A stretch of DNA of 64,000 bases from Octopus sinensis (Eukaryota), in NCBI RefSeq assembly GCF_006345805.1, contig NC_043023.1, positions 16,802,001 to 16,866,000 of the forward strand, given 5' to 3'. The translations under genes were made by a program, and so were the position numbers. Shown here piece after piece: positions 36,751-49,434 of the stretch (position 1 is the stretch's first letter; every line of letters begins with the position of its first letter). Below the pieces are notes generated by a model that made no database searches, was not told the origin of the DNA, and was given only the letters and a program-made list of their open reading frames with translations.

Positions 36751-37123
36751 ACATACTCTGATATATATATATATATATTATATATATATATATATATATT
36801 AATATATATATATTAAATTAGAGATAAAAAAAACCACTATTAGGCAAATCAAACAGTGAAAATCATAACCAATACATAGAAATAAATAATTAATAAAAGA
36901 TATATAAAATATAAAAATCAAATTTAAATTATTTAAATATAAAGTTAAATTAAAAAAATTATTTAATTAATAATTTGTACTTATAAATTTTTATATATTA
37001 TTATTATTATTATTATTATTTTATTATTAGTTATTTATACTATATATATTTATACCATAAAATTAGATTTAATCTAAATCTAATTTTTCCCGGTAAGTTT
37101 GGATTTACTTCCTAATATCATAT

Positions 37124-37177
<54 letters not shown>

Positions 37178-37297
37178 TACGGTTTAAGTGATTGAGATTC
37201 AAGTGAATTCTAATGAATTCACATGAGTATGGTCCTTAACTAGGATGCACCGGAAATCTATATGGTGTTAACCATACGACAAGTGGGGTGATTACAA

Positions 37298-37448
37298 ATA
37301 GGAAAAAAGCAACAAGAATGGATTAAAATCTCGGTACATTGTTTCGTACGAGGACATCTTAATAAGCTTATTTTGTAGCTTATTAAGATGTCCTCGTACG
37401 AAACAATTGTACCGATATTTTAATCCATTCTTGTTGCTTTTTTCCTAT
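37298..37448. repeat. Long palindrome, about 71-bp arms with an 8-nt loop (duplicate at 57208-57360)
   Basis: ataggaaaaaagc...taataagct / agcttatta...gcttttttcctat; right arm holds a GAAA-caattg-TA hammerhead half. Confidence 0.9.
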
Positions 37449-37795
37449 ATATATATATATGTATTTGTTTGTTCCTTTTCGAGCCATGCCTGGCTCATAA
37501 GGGCCAGTTTCCCGGTTTCCTTGGCGTATAGGTCCCCCACCTGGACGAGACACCGGTCTTTCACAGGTGAGCTGCAAGATGCAGGAGGAAAGAGTGAGAG
37601 AAAGTTGTGGCAAAAGAGTCAGCAGAAGTTTGCCATTACCTTCTGCCGGAACCACGTGGAGCTTATAAACACACATCTCCCGGTCAGAGATTCAAACCCG
37701 CGATCCCTCGATCGCGAGTCTGCTGCTCTAACCACTAGACCTCCACATGTGATGGCATACATACATATATATATATATGTATGTATATATGTGTG

Positions 37796-37827
<32 letters not shown>

Positions 37828-38049
37828 TGTATGTATGTATGTATGCAGCAGTATAGGGTATTAATAGTTATCGCCAAGCTAGCATGGCAGTCCAGAAAAA
37901 TAGGACGAATGCTGCTGGTGATTAGCTCTAAGAGGCCATTGCCTCCAGCTAGCTATGTGACACACAAGCCTGTGTCCATTACAATAAGATAATAACTTTA
38001 CTTATCAAAAAATGCTATGAGGATAAAAATAAACCTTCTTCTCTGTAAT

Positions 38050-39245
38050 GTTATTCAATGAAGCAACAACCTTCAGCTTCAACAATTGCTTCTATATGAG
38101 ATCTAAATCATCTACATGCTTGAATCAAGTGGTTCCTGGTTCATTTTGGACATACTACTGACTGTGGCAGTTTCAAGAATCTTTAGTGTTATGGGTGTGC
38201 TCATTGACCTCTCTCTCAACACACTCCACATGTAAGAGTCCAATGGATTGAGATCTGGAGAATTAGGAGGCGAAATGTTAGGGGTTATGTGATCATGAAA
38301 ATTTCCACCCACCCACCCATTCTTGTATTACTAAAGCCATGTGTGATAGTGCAGAGTCTTACTGAAACACTTATGGCCTTCCATTGCATACACTGTCTAT
38401 CCAGGGTTTAACAATTATTTCCAGGACCTCAGTGTAGGAGGCAGAGTTAACTCTAAGGCCTTGTGGAAAGAAGTAAGGAGGCATCACATGTCCTTCATTG
38501 CTGACAACCCATAAAACCATGACAGTTGCAGGAAATTTTGTATGCATGACACTTGGAACTTCAGAAGGGTCTGCACATAACCATCTGTCATTTCTTCAGT
38601 TAATGTATATGTATTTGTTTGTTCCTTTTCGAGCCATGCCTGGCTCATAAGGGCCAGTTTCCCGGTTTCCTTGGACGACACACCGGTCCGTCGCAGGTGA
38701 GCTGCAAGATGCAGGAGGAAAGAGTGAGAGAAAGTTGTGGTGAAAGAGTCAGCAGAAGTTCGCCATTACCTTCTGCTGGAGCTGCGTGGAGCTTATAAAC
38801 ACACACATCTCCCGGTCAGAGATTCGAACCCGCGATCCCTCGATCGCGAGTCTGCTGCTCTAACCACTAGACCTCCACATGAGATGGCATACATACATAT
38901 ATACATACATTTAAGCCCCCCTCCCCCAAAAGACCCCCCCAAAAAACAAAAAAGCAAATCAAACCTTCTGCTGGATTTTTCAATTTAAGAGCCTTTTAGA
39001 TCTGATGTACAGATTTTGTTTTGTTTTTTTTTCTGACAAATTGACCCTTCCTCATCATATAAGACCCTTCCTCATCCGATGTCTTCGTGGACGACATCTC
39101 TGACTGTTCATTCTGACACATGCAGATCCTTTGCAATTGACCTCATGGACTTTCTGGAATTGTAATCAATGGTCTGTTGAACTTACGAGATAAATTCAGG
39201 TGTTCTGATGATTTCAGAGTGTTCAGAATGCTTTTTATGCTTCGA
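38050..39245 (-). mobile_element. 5'-truncated duplicate of the DD37D transposase fossil
   Basis: Matches 57990-58863; ends at the duplication junction. Confidence 0.78.
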
Positions 39246-41102
39246 TATACGTATTTCTTTCCTACCCATAAGGGGCGAAACACAGAGATGACAAACAGAT
39301 TAAGTAGATTACATCGAGCCCAGTGCGTAACTGGTACTTAATTTATCGACCCCTAAAGGATGAAAGGCAAAGTCGAGCTTGGCGGAATTTGAACTCAGAA
39401 CGTAACGGCAGAAGAATCACCATTAAGCATTTTACCCGATGTGCTTAGGTTTCTGCCAGTTACCTGCTTGACACATTCAAAGTATTGTTCTAAAATAGCA
39501 GACAGCAGAAATATTTGTATATTTATTACCAATACGTTGGAGGAAGATGAAGGCAAAATATGTCAGTTGCAAGTCAAAAAGAAGAAAAAAAATTTCACTT
39601 TGCTATAAATACTTGATTCCTCATTATTTAACATTTGTTTTCCATTCAGGCAGAGACAAAGACCCTGTTGTACTCCTTTATTTTGAACTTCTGAACTTGC
39701 CTCAAAAGACAAGAGAACTCTCGTCACAAATGACAAGAAGAAAAATTTTCAAAGATTAACATTCACAAAAATTCAGAAATTTTCTTCCCCAAGGGCGAAA
39801 ATTACTGTTTGTCAAGAGACAAGAGTTCAAATCACCGTATAGACACAACAATACCCAAATAAAAACACATAGATGAGATTCAGAGATATGTTAGTTGCTG
39901 TTGTGCATGTCAAAGGACAAGCGCTTCACCTTGCTAAAGATACTTCCGACATCGTTTAATGTTTTTTTTTCCATTCAGGCAGAGACAAAGGACCCTGTCG
40001 TACTCCTTTATTTTGAATTGTCTCAAAAGACAAGAGAACCTCGTCACAAATGACAAGAGGAAAAATTTCAAAGATTAACATTTCACAAAAATTCAGAAGA
40101 ATACTTCCTACATCGTTTAATGTTTGTTTTCCATTCAGGCAGAGACAAAGGACCCTGTCGTACTCCTTTATTTTGAACTTGTCTCAAAAGACAAGAGAAC
40201 CTCGTCACAAATGACAAGAGGAAAAATTTTCAAAGATTAACATTTCACAAAAATTCAGAAGAATACTTCCTACATCGTTTAATGTTTGTTTCCCATTCAG
40301 GCAGAGACAAAGGACCCTGTCGTCTCTCCTTTATCTTGAACTTGTCTCAAAAGACAAGAGAACCTCGTCACAAATGACAAGAGGAAAAATTTTCAAAGAT
40401 TAACTTTCACAAAAATTCAGAAGAATACTTCCTACATCGTTTAATGTTTGTTTTCCATTCAGGCATATTTTGGATGCTTCAAACCGGAGCTGACAAAGCC
40501 ATGAGCTGCACCAGTTTCCCTTGTCTGATTTGGCTTTTCTACAGCAGAATGCATTTCCTAATGTCAACCCTTTACAAAACCGTCAGGGCCCCCAAGGACC
40601 TTGCAAGACAAAATAGCTCAAAACTGGCAGGAGGAAGGTAGTATTGAAGGGACGTCACTTTGTGCCAGTTGACAGTTTAAGGTAGAAAGGGAACAGGGTC
40701 CAGATATAGAGCAAAAAAAAACAAGGACAAAATAAATATTTTATTCATTATTCTTTATTAAGAAATTCCTATAACTGATGAAAGGAAAAAGCCTGTGTTT
40801 TAGCAGACCAATTAGTGTTAATTATCGTTATGACTTAATCAATTTTGACATTGAGACAGAAACATGTCTCTGTGAATAGCCACATGTTTATGCATGTGGC
40901 TTTTTCAAGAGAATCATTTGCCACACATGTCACACGGACATGGCTACTCTCATGTAGGGATTCGTTCATGTAGAGTTAAGTTAGGTCTATGAGAGAATGC
41001 TTTAACACAGACACGACCATTACATAGGTTGTGTCTGGTATGAACATTTTCGTGTGTAGTTACAACACCATTTGCAAAATATGAATTACAACTAATGCGA
41101 GA

Positions 41103-42180
41103 TTATGGCTTCTCTCTTTCATGTGTATGCGTGTGTCTATTCAAATGATGCCTTTGAGAAAATGATTTACCACAGATCTCACAATGATAAGGTTTCTCAC
41201 CAGTATGAAGGCGATTGTGAGAAACCAATTGACTATTACTAGCGAATGATTTACCACAGATATCACAGCGATATGGTCTCTCTCCTGTATGAGTAAGTCT
41301 GTGCCTAGTCAAGTTGCTACTTACAGAGAATGATTTACCACAGATCTCACAATGATAAGGTTTGTCTCCTGTATGTGTACGTTTGTGCCTACTCAAGTGG
41401 TTACTTAGAGAGAATGATTTACCACAGATATCACAGTGATATGGTTTTTCTCCTGTATGTGTAGGCTTGTGATCAGTCAAGTTATTGCTGTGAGAGAATG
41501 ATTTACCACAGATATCACACTGATAAGGTTTCTCCTGTATGTGTACGCTTGTGAGAAACCAATTCACTATTACAAGAGAATGATTTACCACAGATATCAC
41601 ACTGATATGGCTTTTCACCAATATGAATCTTCTTATGGTTAGTTAAAGCTTTACGTTCACAGAATGATTTACCACAGATATCACAATGATAAGTTTTCTC
41701 ACCAGTATGTGAAGGCTTGTGATTAGTCAAGTGATGACTTTGAGAGAATGATTTACCACAGATATCACAGTGATATGGTTTCTCTCCTGTATGTGTACGT
41801 ACGTGATCAGTCAAGTGAGGGCTTTGAGAGAATGATTTACCACAGATCTCACAATCATATGGCTTCTCTCCGGTATGTGTATGTTTATGAACAGTCAAGC
41901 TATTCCTTTGAGAGAATGATTTACCACAGATATCACAATGATAAGGTTTCTCTCCTGTATGTGTACGTATGTGATCAGTTAAGATATTGCTTACAGAGAA
42001 TGATTTACCACAGATCTCACAATGATAAGGTTTCTCTCCTGTATGTTTACGTTTGTGTCTAGCAATGTCACTACTGTAAGAAAATGATTTTCCACAGATA
42101 TTACAGTGATATGGCTTTTCCTCTTTATCAAGGTTTTCTGATACAGTTAAATTATTCATTTTGAGAGAATTACTTATCAT
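41103..42180 (-). pseudogene. Duplicate of ZNF-2A (ZNF-2B), 12 fingers, frameshifted as assembled
   Basis: Near-identical to 23849-25180 but 254 bp shorter: 252-bp in-frame loss (finger 7/10 chimera) plus a 2-bp deletion near 41531 (ttctcctg vs ttctctcctg); the frameshift could be a consensus error. Confidence 0.7.
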
Positions 42181-43551
42181 ACACTTCACAATGATAAAGT
42201 GTTTTTCATTTCCATGAATACATTCTGTTCACTTTTGTCACTTCATTCAGATAATTTAATGCAATGTTTCTTCCATACATTCCACAGAAGAAAAATATTT
42301 CGCTGTTCCTTGTTATAGACTGTATTTATATACAGAGGTAGACTTATTCATGAATGCTCCTTATAAATACATCGTCTTCCTTAGGTGATGAGAATCAAAG
42401 ACACTTCTGAATGGAGAGATTTCCTTCACGTCAACATGTTGTGATAATCTGAAATAGGAAAAGAAGCAGTAAGATAAAACTGGATAGTTCACCAACATAA
42501 GTAAATAAACATTGCAGATTTTATATCACTACCATTGTCATGCATTTACTGTCCATGCTTGCATAGTAGATTGAGTTGGAAGGAATTAGAAACTAATGGG
42601 AATGGAGCTAGCCAAACGAAAATATAGTGGGCATAACATGACCAGAGTAGTGAGTTGATGCCATACAGAATTTCGCAGAGCAAAGTTGCCACAAGTGAAA
42701 TGCTGACTAATTAAAACTCCCACTTCTCTTCATGGCACTGAACTTACCTCTAGGATCCATATATGCCCACCCCGATGGGCTGGAGAATGACATAGCAGAA
42801 CCGTGCTATGGTGTAACAACTAAAATAGCTTTCCTGACTTGCTACAATATTAAATACTGGTAGAATCTCTAAGATGCCGGATTAATTGCTTAACAGCATT
42901 TCGTTCGTAAATAGCTTTGTCAAACTAGAAATAAAATCAATCAGGAATGGGAGTGTGTCTGTGCATTGTTTATTTCTCTTCAATCAGGTACACACTGTGA
43001 GGGCGAGTACGATCGATCATTTGGGCATCCAGATGCCCCTCCCACCTAACCAGGAGTCCCTTCTCTGAAGACCAGCTTGCTAGCTAGCCCACAGTGAAGG
43101 TCCCTCTTTATATTTCGTCTGTCATGAGTTGGTGCCCCAAACGTCTTTCCTTTCAAAGTATGACTTCCACTGAGGTCGACTTTCATCCTTTCGAGGTAAA
43201 TAAAATAAGCAGTAGAGCACTCGAGTCCCTGAAGTTAACTCGTCCCCTTCCTACAAATTTCAGGTTTTGTACTTAAAAATACAAAAAGAAAAATCATTAT
43301 TATTATTATTATTATCATCAACATTAATATTTTATAAACCCCAAAAAATCCTGACTCCAAACACATCTTACGATTCATGAGTACTTCATTAAAAAAAGGG
43401 ACAACGGTAATTATTCTCCTTACTCTCGCAGGGGTTACGACCACTCACGGAAATGGAGACACACGTCTTTGTGAGCAGGGAGGATCTCCTCAGTAGAATC
43501 AATAGCTGCAAACCCTCTGAACACCTCACGGGTTGTGTCCGGGTAGAATGG

Positions 43552-44386
43552 GGCGATCTTTCGTTTGTAGTAGCACGTTTCCATCGATGATTTCCGTACA
43601 AATTATTTTATTTTTTTACGTATGGGCTTGCGAGAACATTTGAAGTAATGAGAGCGAAAGAGACTAAGAGGAAGCGATTTTATGACGAGGGAATTTCTTT
43701 TTGAAGTCCCCGTGTGTGTGTTTGACGGGGTGTGGGAGACAGACAGTATGTTGTGTAAGTGAAGTGCTTCTGTTAGTGTGTGTGTGTGAAGAGACAGAGA
43801 GAGTAATGTGTGAAAGAGAGAGATAACTGAAATTTTTTACTCGGTGTATGTTATATGTATGTATGCTTGTATGTGTGTGTGTGTGTAGTGTTATGTATGT
43901 GTATGTGTGTGTGTATGTATGTGTATGTATGTCTATGTATGTGTGTATGTGTGTGTGTTATGTATGTAGGTACCCGATCAGTGTAATTTTTTTACTCGGT
44001 GTGTATGTGTATATGTATGTCTGCATGTATGTGTGTGTGTGTATGTATCTATGTATGTATCTACACATACATACCCGAGTAAAAAATTTCAGTTATCTCT
44101 CTCATTCACACATTACTCTGTCTCTGCACACCACACACTAACAGAAGCACTTCACTTACACAACATACTGTCTGTCTCCCACACCCCATCAAACACACAC
44201 ACACACATGTACATAAAGGCTTTGATAACTTCAAAAGAAATTCCCCCTCGTCATAAAATCGCTTTCTCTTAGTCTCTTTTCGCTCTCATTCTTCAAATGT
44301 TCCCGCAAGGCCATATGTAAAAAAATTTAAGTTTTCTACGGAAATCGACGGAACGAAACGTGCTACTACTACAACGAAAGATTGCC
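43552..44386. mobile_element. Foldback element with about 300-bp inverted arms
   Basis: 43552-43850 is the reverse complement of about 44070-44386 (ggcgatctttcg / cgaaagattgcc), (GT/GTAT)n spacer; no TSD found. Confidence 0.8.
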
Positions 44387-44744
44387 TAACAATTAATATT
44401 ATCTTAATTTTAATGATTCTTAATACTATTTTAGTTAACAGTATGTAGTGTATGTTGTTGGCATCGTTTTTGTCTCGGGACAATGAGTCTATGTCCAGGA
44501 GTTAATATAAATAGTCCAGTCCGCTTTACATATTTCATGTCCTGACACATTTCCTGCTGTGGCTGTGTAGTCCTATCATCTGACAAACAACCTCTCGCAG
44601 GTACCGCAAATGTAGCGAGAACTGTTCCTGGCTGGTTGTAATGTCATAGTTTCTTGTTGATGACGTCTTTTGTCTGTCTTTCTCACTTTCTCTCTTCTCT
44701 CTCTCTCATCTCTCTCTCTCTCTCAGTACTGCATTTTACCCGGT

Positions 44745-45570
44745 ACGTCCCCCAATCTCCACGGTTGCTGGCAATTGTTTCCCAACTGCTAATATTGATG
44801 TTGCAGGCCTTCATGTCCCTTTTGCAAACATCCTTGTAACGTAAGAGCGGTCTACCCACAGACCTAGTACCCCTAGCAAGCTCTCTGTAGAGTATGTCCT
44901 TGGGGATTCTGGCATCTTTCATACGGCTAACATGCCCAAGCCATCTCATACGTCTTTGTGTGAGGAGTGCAAACATGCTTGGTATTCCTGCTTGCTTGAG
45001 GACATCTTTGTTGGGGATATGATTCTGCCATTTGATGCGGAGGATTTTCCGGAGTCAACGCAGGTGAAAGATGTTTAGGCGACGCTCTTGGCGTGTGTAT
45101 AGCGTCCGCTAAGTACACATGCCTAGTAGATCTTCATTTTCGTGGTCTTGGCCAGCTTATTGTTGTCCCACGCCCGTTTGGAGAGTTGGGCCATCGCAGC
45201 GGCTGCCTTGCCAATGCGTATATTGAGCTCAGCGTCAAGGGATAGGTTGTAGGTGACAGTAGAGCCAAGATAGGTAAACTTCTCCACCTCCTGTAATCTG
45301 TGGTCTCCAATATGTATGTTTGGGATGTCCAGTGTAGCCTGACCCATGATGTTGGTCTTCTTAAGGCTGATAGCTAAGCCAAAGTCGTTACATGCTTGCT
45401 CAAAACAGTTAATGAGCTTTTGGAGGGCTTCTTCTGTGTGTGATACCAGAGCGGCATCATCAGCAAATAGCATCTCCTTGATCAGGACGTTTCTGATTTT
45501 GGTCTTGGCACGCAGGCGCGAGAGATTGAACAGTTTCCCGTCACTTCTACTGTGCAGAAACAGTCCTCTC
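44745..45570 (-). mobile_element. RTE (BovB-like) LINE fragment: RT C-terminal region
   Basis: RSDGKLFNLSRLRAKTK...MLFADDAAL...FGLAISLKKTNIM...RWLGHVSRM...GRPLLRYKDVCKRDMK; in-frame stops and a deletion. Confidence 0.88.
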
Positions 45571-45674
45571 TTGATTTTGGAGAAATCGATCAATTTTTCT
45601 CCAAAGAAAATGTTATTTGAGATCTAAAACAAGAAGAAATATCCTCTGGCTTGTTATGACAGTAAATAATCTGT

Positions 45675-45836
45675 AAATAGATTGAAATGCAATAGATCGA
45701 TACTAAGGTTATAATTATGGGTGACATTTTCATTTGACACTGCTAGAAAAAATTCCCATTTTCCATAGCGGTGTCATATGAAATTGTCACCCATAATTAT
45801 AACCCTAGTATCGATCTATTGCATTTCAATCTATTT
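45675..45836. repeat. Inverted repeat with about 72-bp arms made of family F MITE sequence
   Basis: 45675-45746 is the near reverse complement of 45766-45836. Confidence 0.85.
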
Positions 45837-46492
45837 TAGATTTAGGGTTAGAGTTAGGGTGAGTCATGGTTAGGGGTGGGGGAAGGGTATCTTTTTTTCT
45901 TCGCAAGTGTAAATAAACCCAATCTGTTTCTTAAACGAGGGACATATTCATACAGCACGGAATGTTTTCACTCAAAATAGACTCCAGCGATTGGTTAAAA
46001 TTGCCGAAATGCTTGAAATTAAAGTGGAAATATCTTACAACATATAGAATTTTCTCAATAAAGCCAAGAAAAAATGATGTTTTATAAACACATTCTACCA
46101 GTATACGAAGTTTAAAAGTGTTTAGTTAACTAGAAATTGTGTTGACATGTGCCGTTCAAAAGGAAAAGATCCGTTGTTGTGTTTTGGGATTGATGAGAAA
46201 TCTGCCTTCGATCAGTTTGTCTATAATTGTCAGACATTCTCTCTTTCACAAAACGATTTTCCTTCATTATATAGTTATATAATCTGTGACGATCTCTCTA
46301 ATATGTGTGTATATTCTGCTAAATGCAGTATTGGGTAGACATGAGAAGAAGCTATACATTGTGGGATGTATAAACTAAAACTCAAGATGGTCTTGCTGGG
46401 TCGAAAATATGTATACATTATACCTTCACCTATTAATATATTTGCTGTATATTAAGATTACATTCATGAATATACACATTTCAGTTGCTCAA

Positions 46493-46563
<71 letters not shown>

Positions 46564-47411
46564 ATATATATAATAATATATATATATATATATATATATA
46601 GATATCCATATAGGATCTTTTCATTTTGAAGGCCAGATTTTCCTAGTTAACTAAACAATTTGAAACTTCGTATACTGGTAGAATGTGTCAAAAGAAAACA
46701 TTATTGAAAACAAAATTGAAAACAAAATTGTAATTCGTAACTTAAACGTAGTTTAACTTTAAGAATTTTAACCAATGAAATCGCAGCATTCGAGCTCAAA
46801 TTATTTACCTCTTCTTCTGTCTTCTACATGTGCTAGAAATAACAGCTATATCTCTTAAATCGATTAATTTCGTCGCCCAATAAAAATATTAACGATATTT
46901 TTTGAATATTTTCTTTATTTTTTTTTACCAAAAAGGCTTCTCCCATGGTTTTGAATGGCCAGAAACAACAAAAACAAAACAATAATATGCCTAAATCGGT
47001 CTCGAGTTTGCGCGTGGAGTGTGAGTCGTATTGTAAAAATTTGCGAAATATTTTTTCATAAAATGATGCCCCCAGCTTGTCGGAAGCTGTGATATAAATT
47101 GGGGAAAAATCCTCGACACCAGTGCGTAATTGGTACTTAATTTATCGACCCCGAAACGATGAAACATTGACCCCCCCCCTTCTGGTTTATTTACCTTTTG
47201 TGCAAATTTGTTGCGGCAAGGGGCAAAACACGAACGTGTAATGTATGCTTGTGTGCGTATGTGTGTGTATGTATATGTCCGTTTGTATGTGTGTGTACGC
47301 TTATATATTAATTACTATGTGCTTGTGCAAATGTATATGCATGTGGCTGAGAGAGAGAGAGAGAGTTGTGTGTGTGTGTCGTTGTGATGTGTGTGTACGC
47401 TTATATATTAA

Positions 47412-47800
47412 CTAGCAGTATCGCCCGGCGTTGCTCGGGTTTGTAAGGGAAATAACTATATAAGCATTTTTAGAGAGTTATAGCCAAAAAAGCAAAAAAT
47501 GCATTAAAAATTGAAAAAAAATTAAGGTAATTTTTTTTAAAATCGTTGACACATCGTAGATATTTTTAGAGTTACTTCCCCTATATAAAAGCGAAAAAAT
47601 GCATTAAAAAGGAAAAATATGATGGTAAATTTTTTTAAAATCGTAGACTCATCGTAGACGCGCGCTAATACCCAGAAGGACTCGATATGAATCACGACTA
47701 TAAGATACCCGCTTTTGGTTAAACTGCACCGCAAAATGTGGGAGTAGTTAGGAATCTAAATCGTAAGAGACAGACACACAACTTCACTCTTATATAAAGA
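47412..47800 (-). mobile_element. Non-autonomous Helitron
   Basis: A|CTAGcagtatcgcccggcgttgctcggg...tatataaaGA|T on the plus strand. Confidence 0.8.
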
Positions 47801-49015
47801 TGCTTTTTTTTCAGTCATAGAGTTAGATTTATGAAGGTCTTCAGTAGAAAATCCTTCGAATTCTGACTCGCTGCTTGATATAATGAAATTCGTATCCATT
47901 TTTTGTCAGAATTACAAATTTGAAAACACAATAGGAACAATTTCGGAAAAAAATCTCCCATAATTCACGGAATTAAAATTACACTTCGATTTTTGTACAA
48001 ACTGTAGTTGAAGTGTTTACGAAGTATAATAGTGTTTTCACGAATGTACTAAAGAGATTTGCTCTGATATTCTCATTTAAATATGAATAGTTAAATTCGG
48101 GCGGTTTGGTAACGAAAGGGTTAAACGGATGCATACATTTATTAATCTCTTATTATAATAACTATATATAAGTGTCGTCTGTTTATACACAAACACTGTT
48201 TCATACTGCAATTATATATACATATATCTATATATAATATTATATAATAAAATATATACAGAGTAAAATAAAAACCAATTTACCTTTTCTGTATTGTTAT
48301 AGCAATTCCACCGTCTGTGTGTCTTTGCAAATGTGTTGGAATGATAAGTGAGTTGTGTTTTGGCGCCTTTTTTACTAATTTTGTATGTAGTTGTTTGAAA
48401 CGTTTGTGTTTCCACTCTCATATATGTATGTGTATGTGTGTGTGTGAGGAATGACACACACACACTCACGCCCGCACACATGTACATCAATGCTTTCGGA
48501 GTGATATGTTAAAATATTGAGTTTTCTCGAATTTTGTCTTAATTGGTGGTAAAATGGAAAGAAATTTTTTATGGCATCACCCACTGAAGTACTCTGAAAA
48601 ATCATGGGTACACTCTAATTGAAGAAATTGTGTGAGGAGTAAATCGGTATGTATTTATTTGTTTCCGTTTGCTGTGTTTTTTTATTTTTTGAGTAGTGGT
48701 TTAAATACTTTCAGTTTAGTCTTCCTCAAATCACTCAATCGCTATTTACTTTCATTTTATTCGTTGCACACTGTGTGTGTGCGTGTGCGTGTGGTGTAAA
48801 CCACATTAAGAAAAGCATTTGACATACACACCAGAATGTGAGTTTTCTGTAAATTTTGCTTAATTGGAGTTTAAATTTTTAAAACTGGACCTGGCATGAC
48901 GCGATGCATTCTATTCTTAAAAATGCTAGGTAAATTGTAATTGAAGAAATCCTATATTGTAGATTTCTATAAGTTACAAAGGGAGGCAGATAAAATCTGC
49001 CTTTTATAATAAGAG

Positions 49016-49250
49016 ATTACTATGTGCTTGTGCAAATGTATATGCATGTGTTTGAGAGAGAGAGAGAGAGTGTGTGTGTGTGTGTGTCGTTTGTATGTGT
49101 GTGTACGCTTATATATTAATTACTATGTGCTTGTGCAAATGTATATGCATGTGTTTGAGAGAGAGAGAGAGTGTGTGTGTGTGTCGTTTGTATGTGTGTG
49201 TACGCTTATATATTAATTACTATGTGCTTGTGCAAATGTATATGCATGTG

Positions 49251-49290
<40 letters not shown>

Positions 49291-49434
49291 TGTGTGTGTG
49301 TCGTTTGTATGTGTGTGTACGCTTATATATTAATTACTATGTGCTTGTGCAAATGTATATGCATGTGTTTGAGAGAGAGAGAGAGTGTGTGTGTGTGTGT
49401 GTCGTTTGTATGTGTGTGTACGCTTATATATTAA
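49016..49434. repeat. Four tandem units of about 100-110 bp containing (GA)n(GT)n
   Basis: attactatgtgcttgtgcaaatg recurs four times; about 1.5 diverged units at 47260-47411. Confidence 0.9.

Larger units (their letters stand above)
21990..39245. repeat. Tandem segmental duplication, unit A
   Basis: About 21990-26581 matches 39246-43551 and 30308-39245 matches 50263-58863, same orientation. Confidence 0.9.

Noticed and set aside
41525-41535. Treating the ZNF-2B frameshift as proven pseudogenisation
   Set aside because: The surrounding 36-43 kb has many 1-2-bp deletions in simple runs, typical of unpolished long-read consensus
45842-45860. TTAGGG-like repeats
   Set aside because: Two or three degenerate units inside MITE family F; not an interstitial telomere
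48100-48124. piggyBac-like end (aaggg|ttaa)
   Set aside because: No matching left end found in the window
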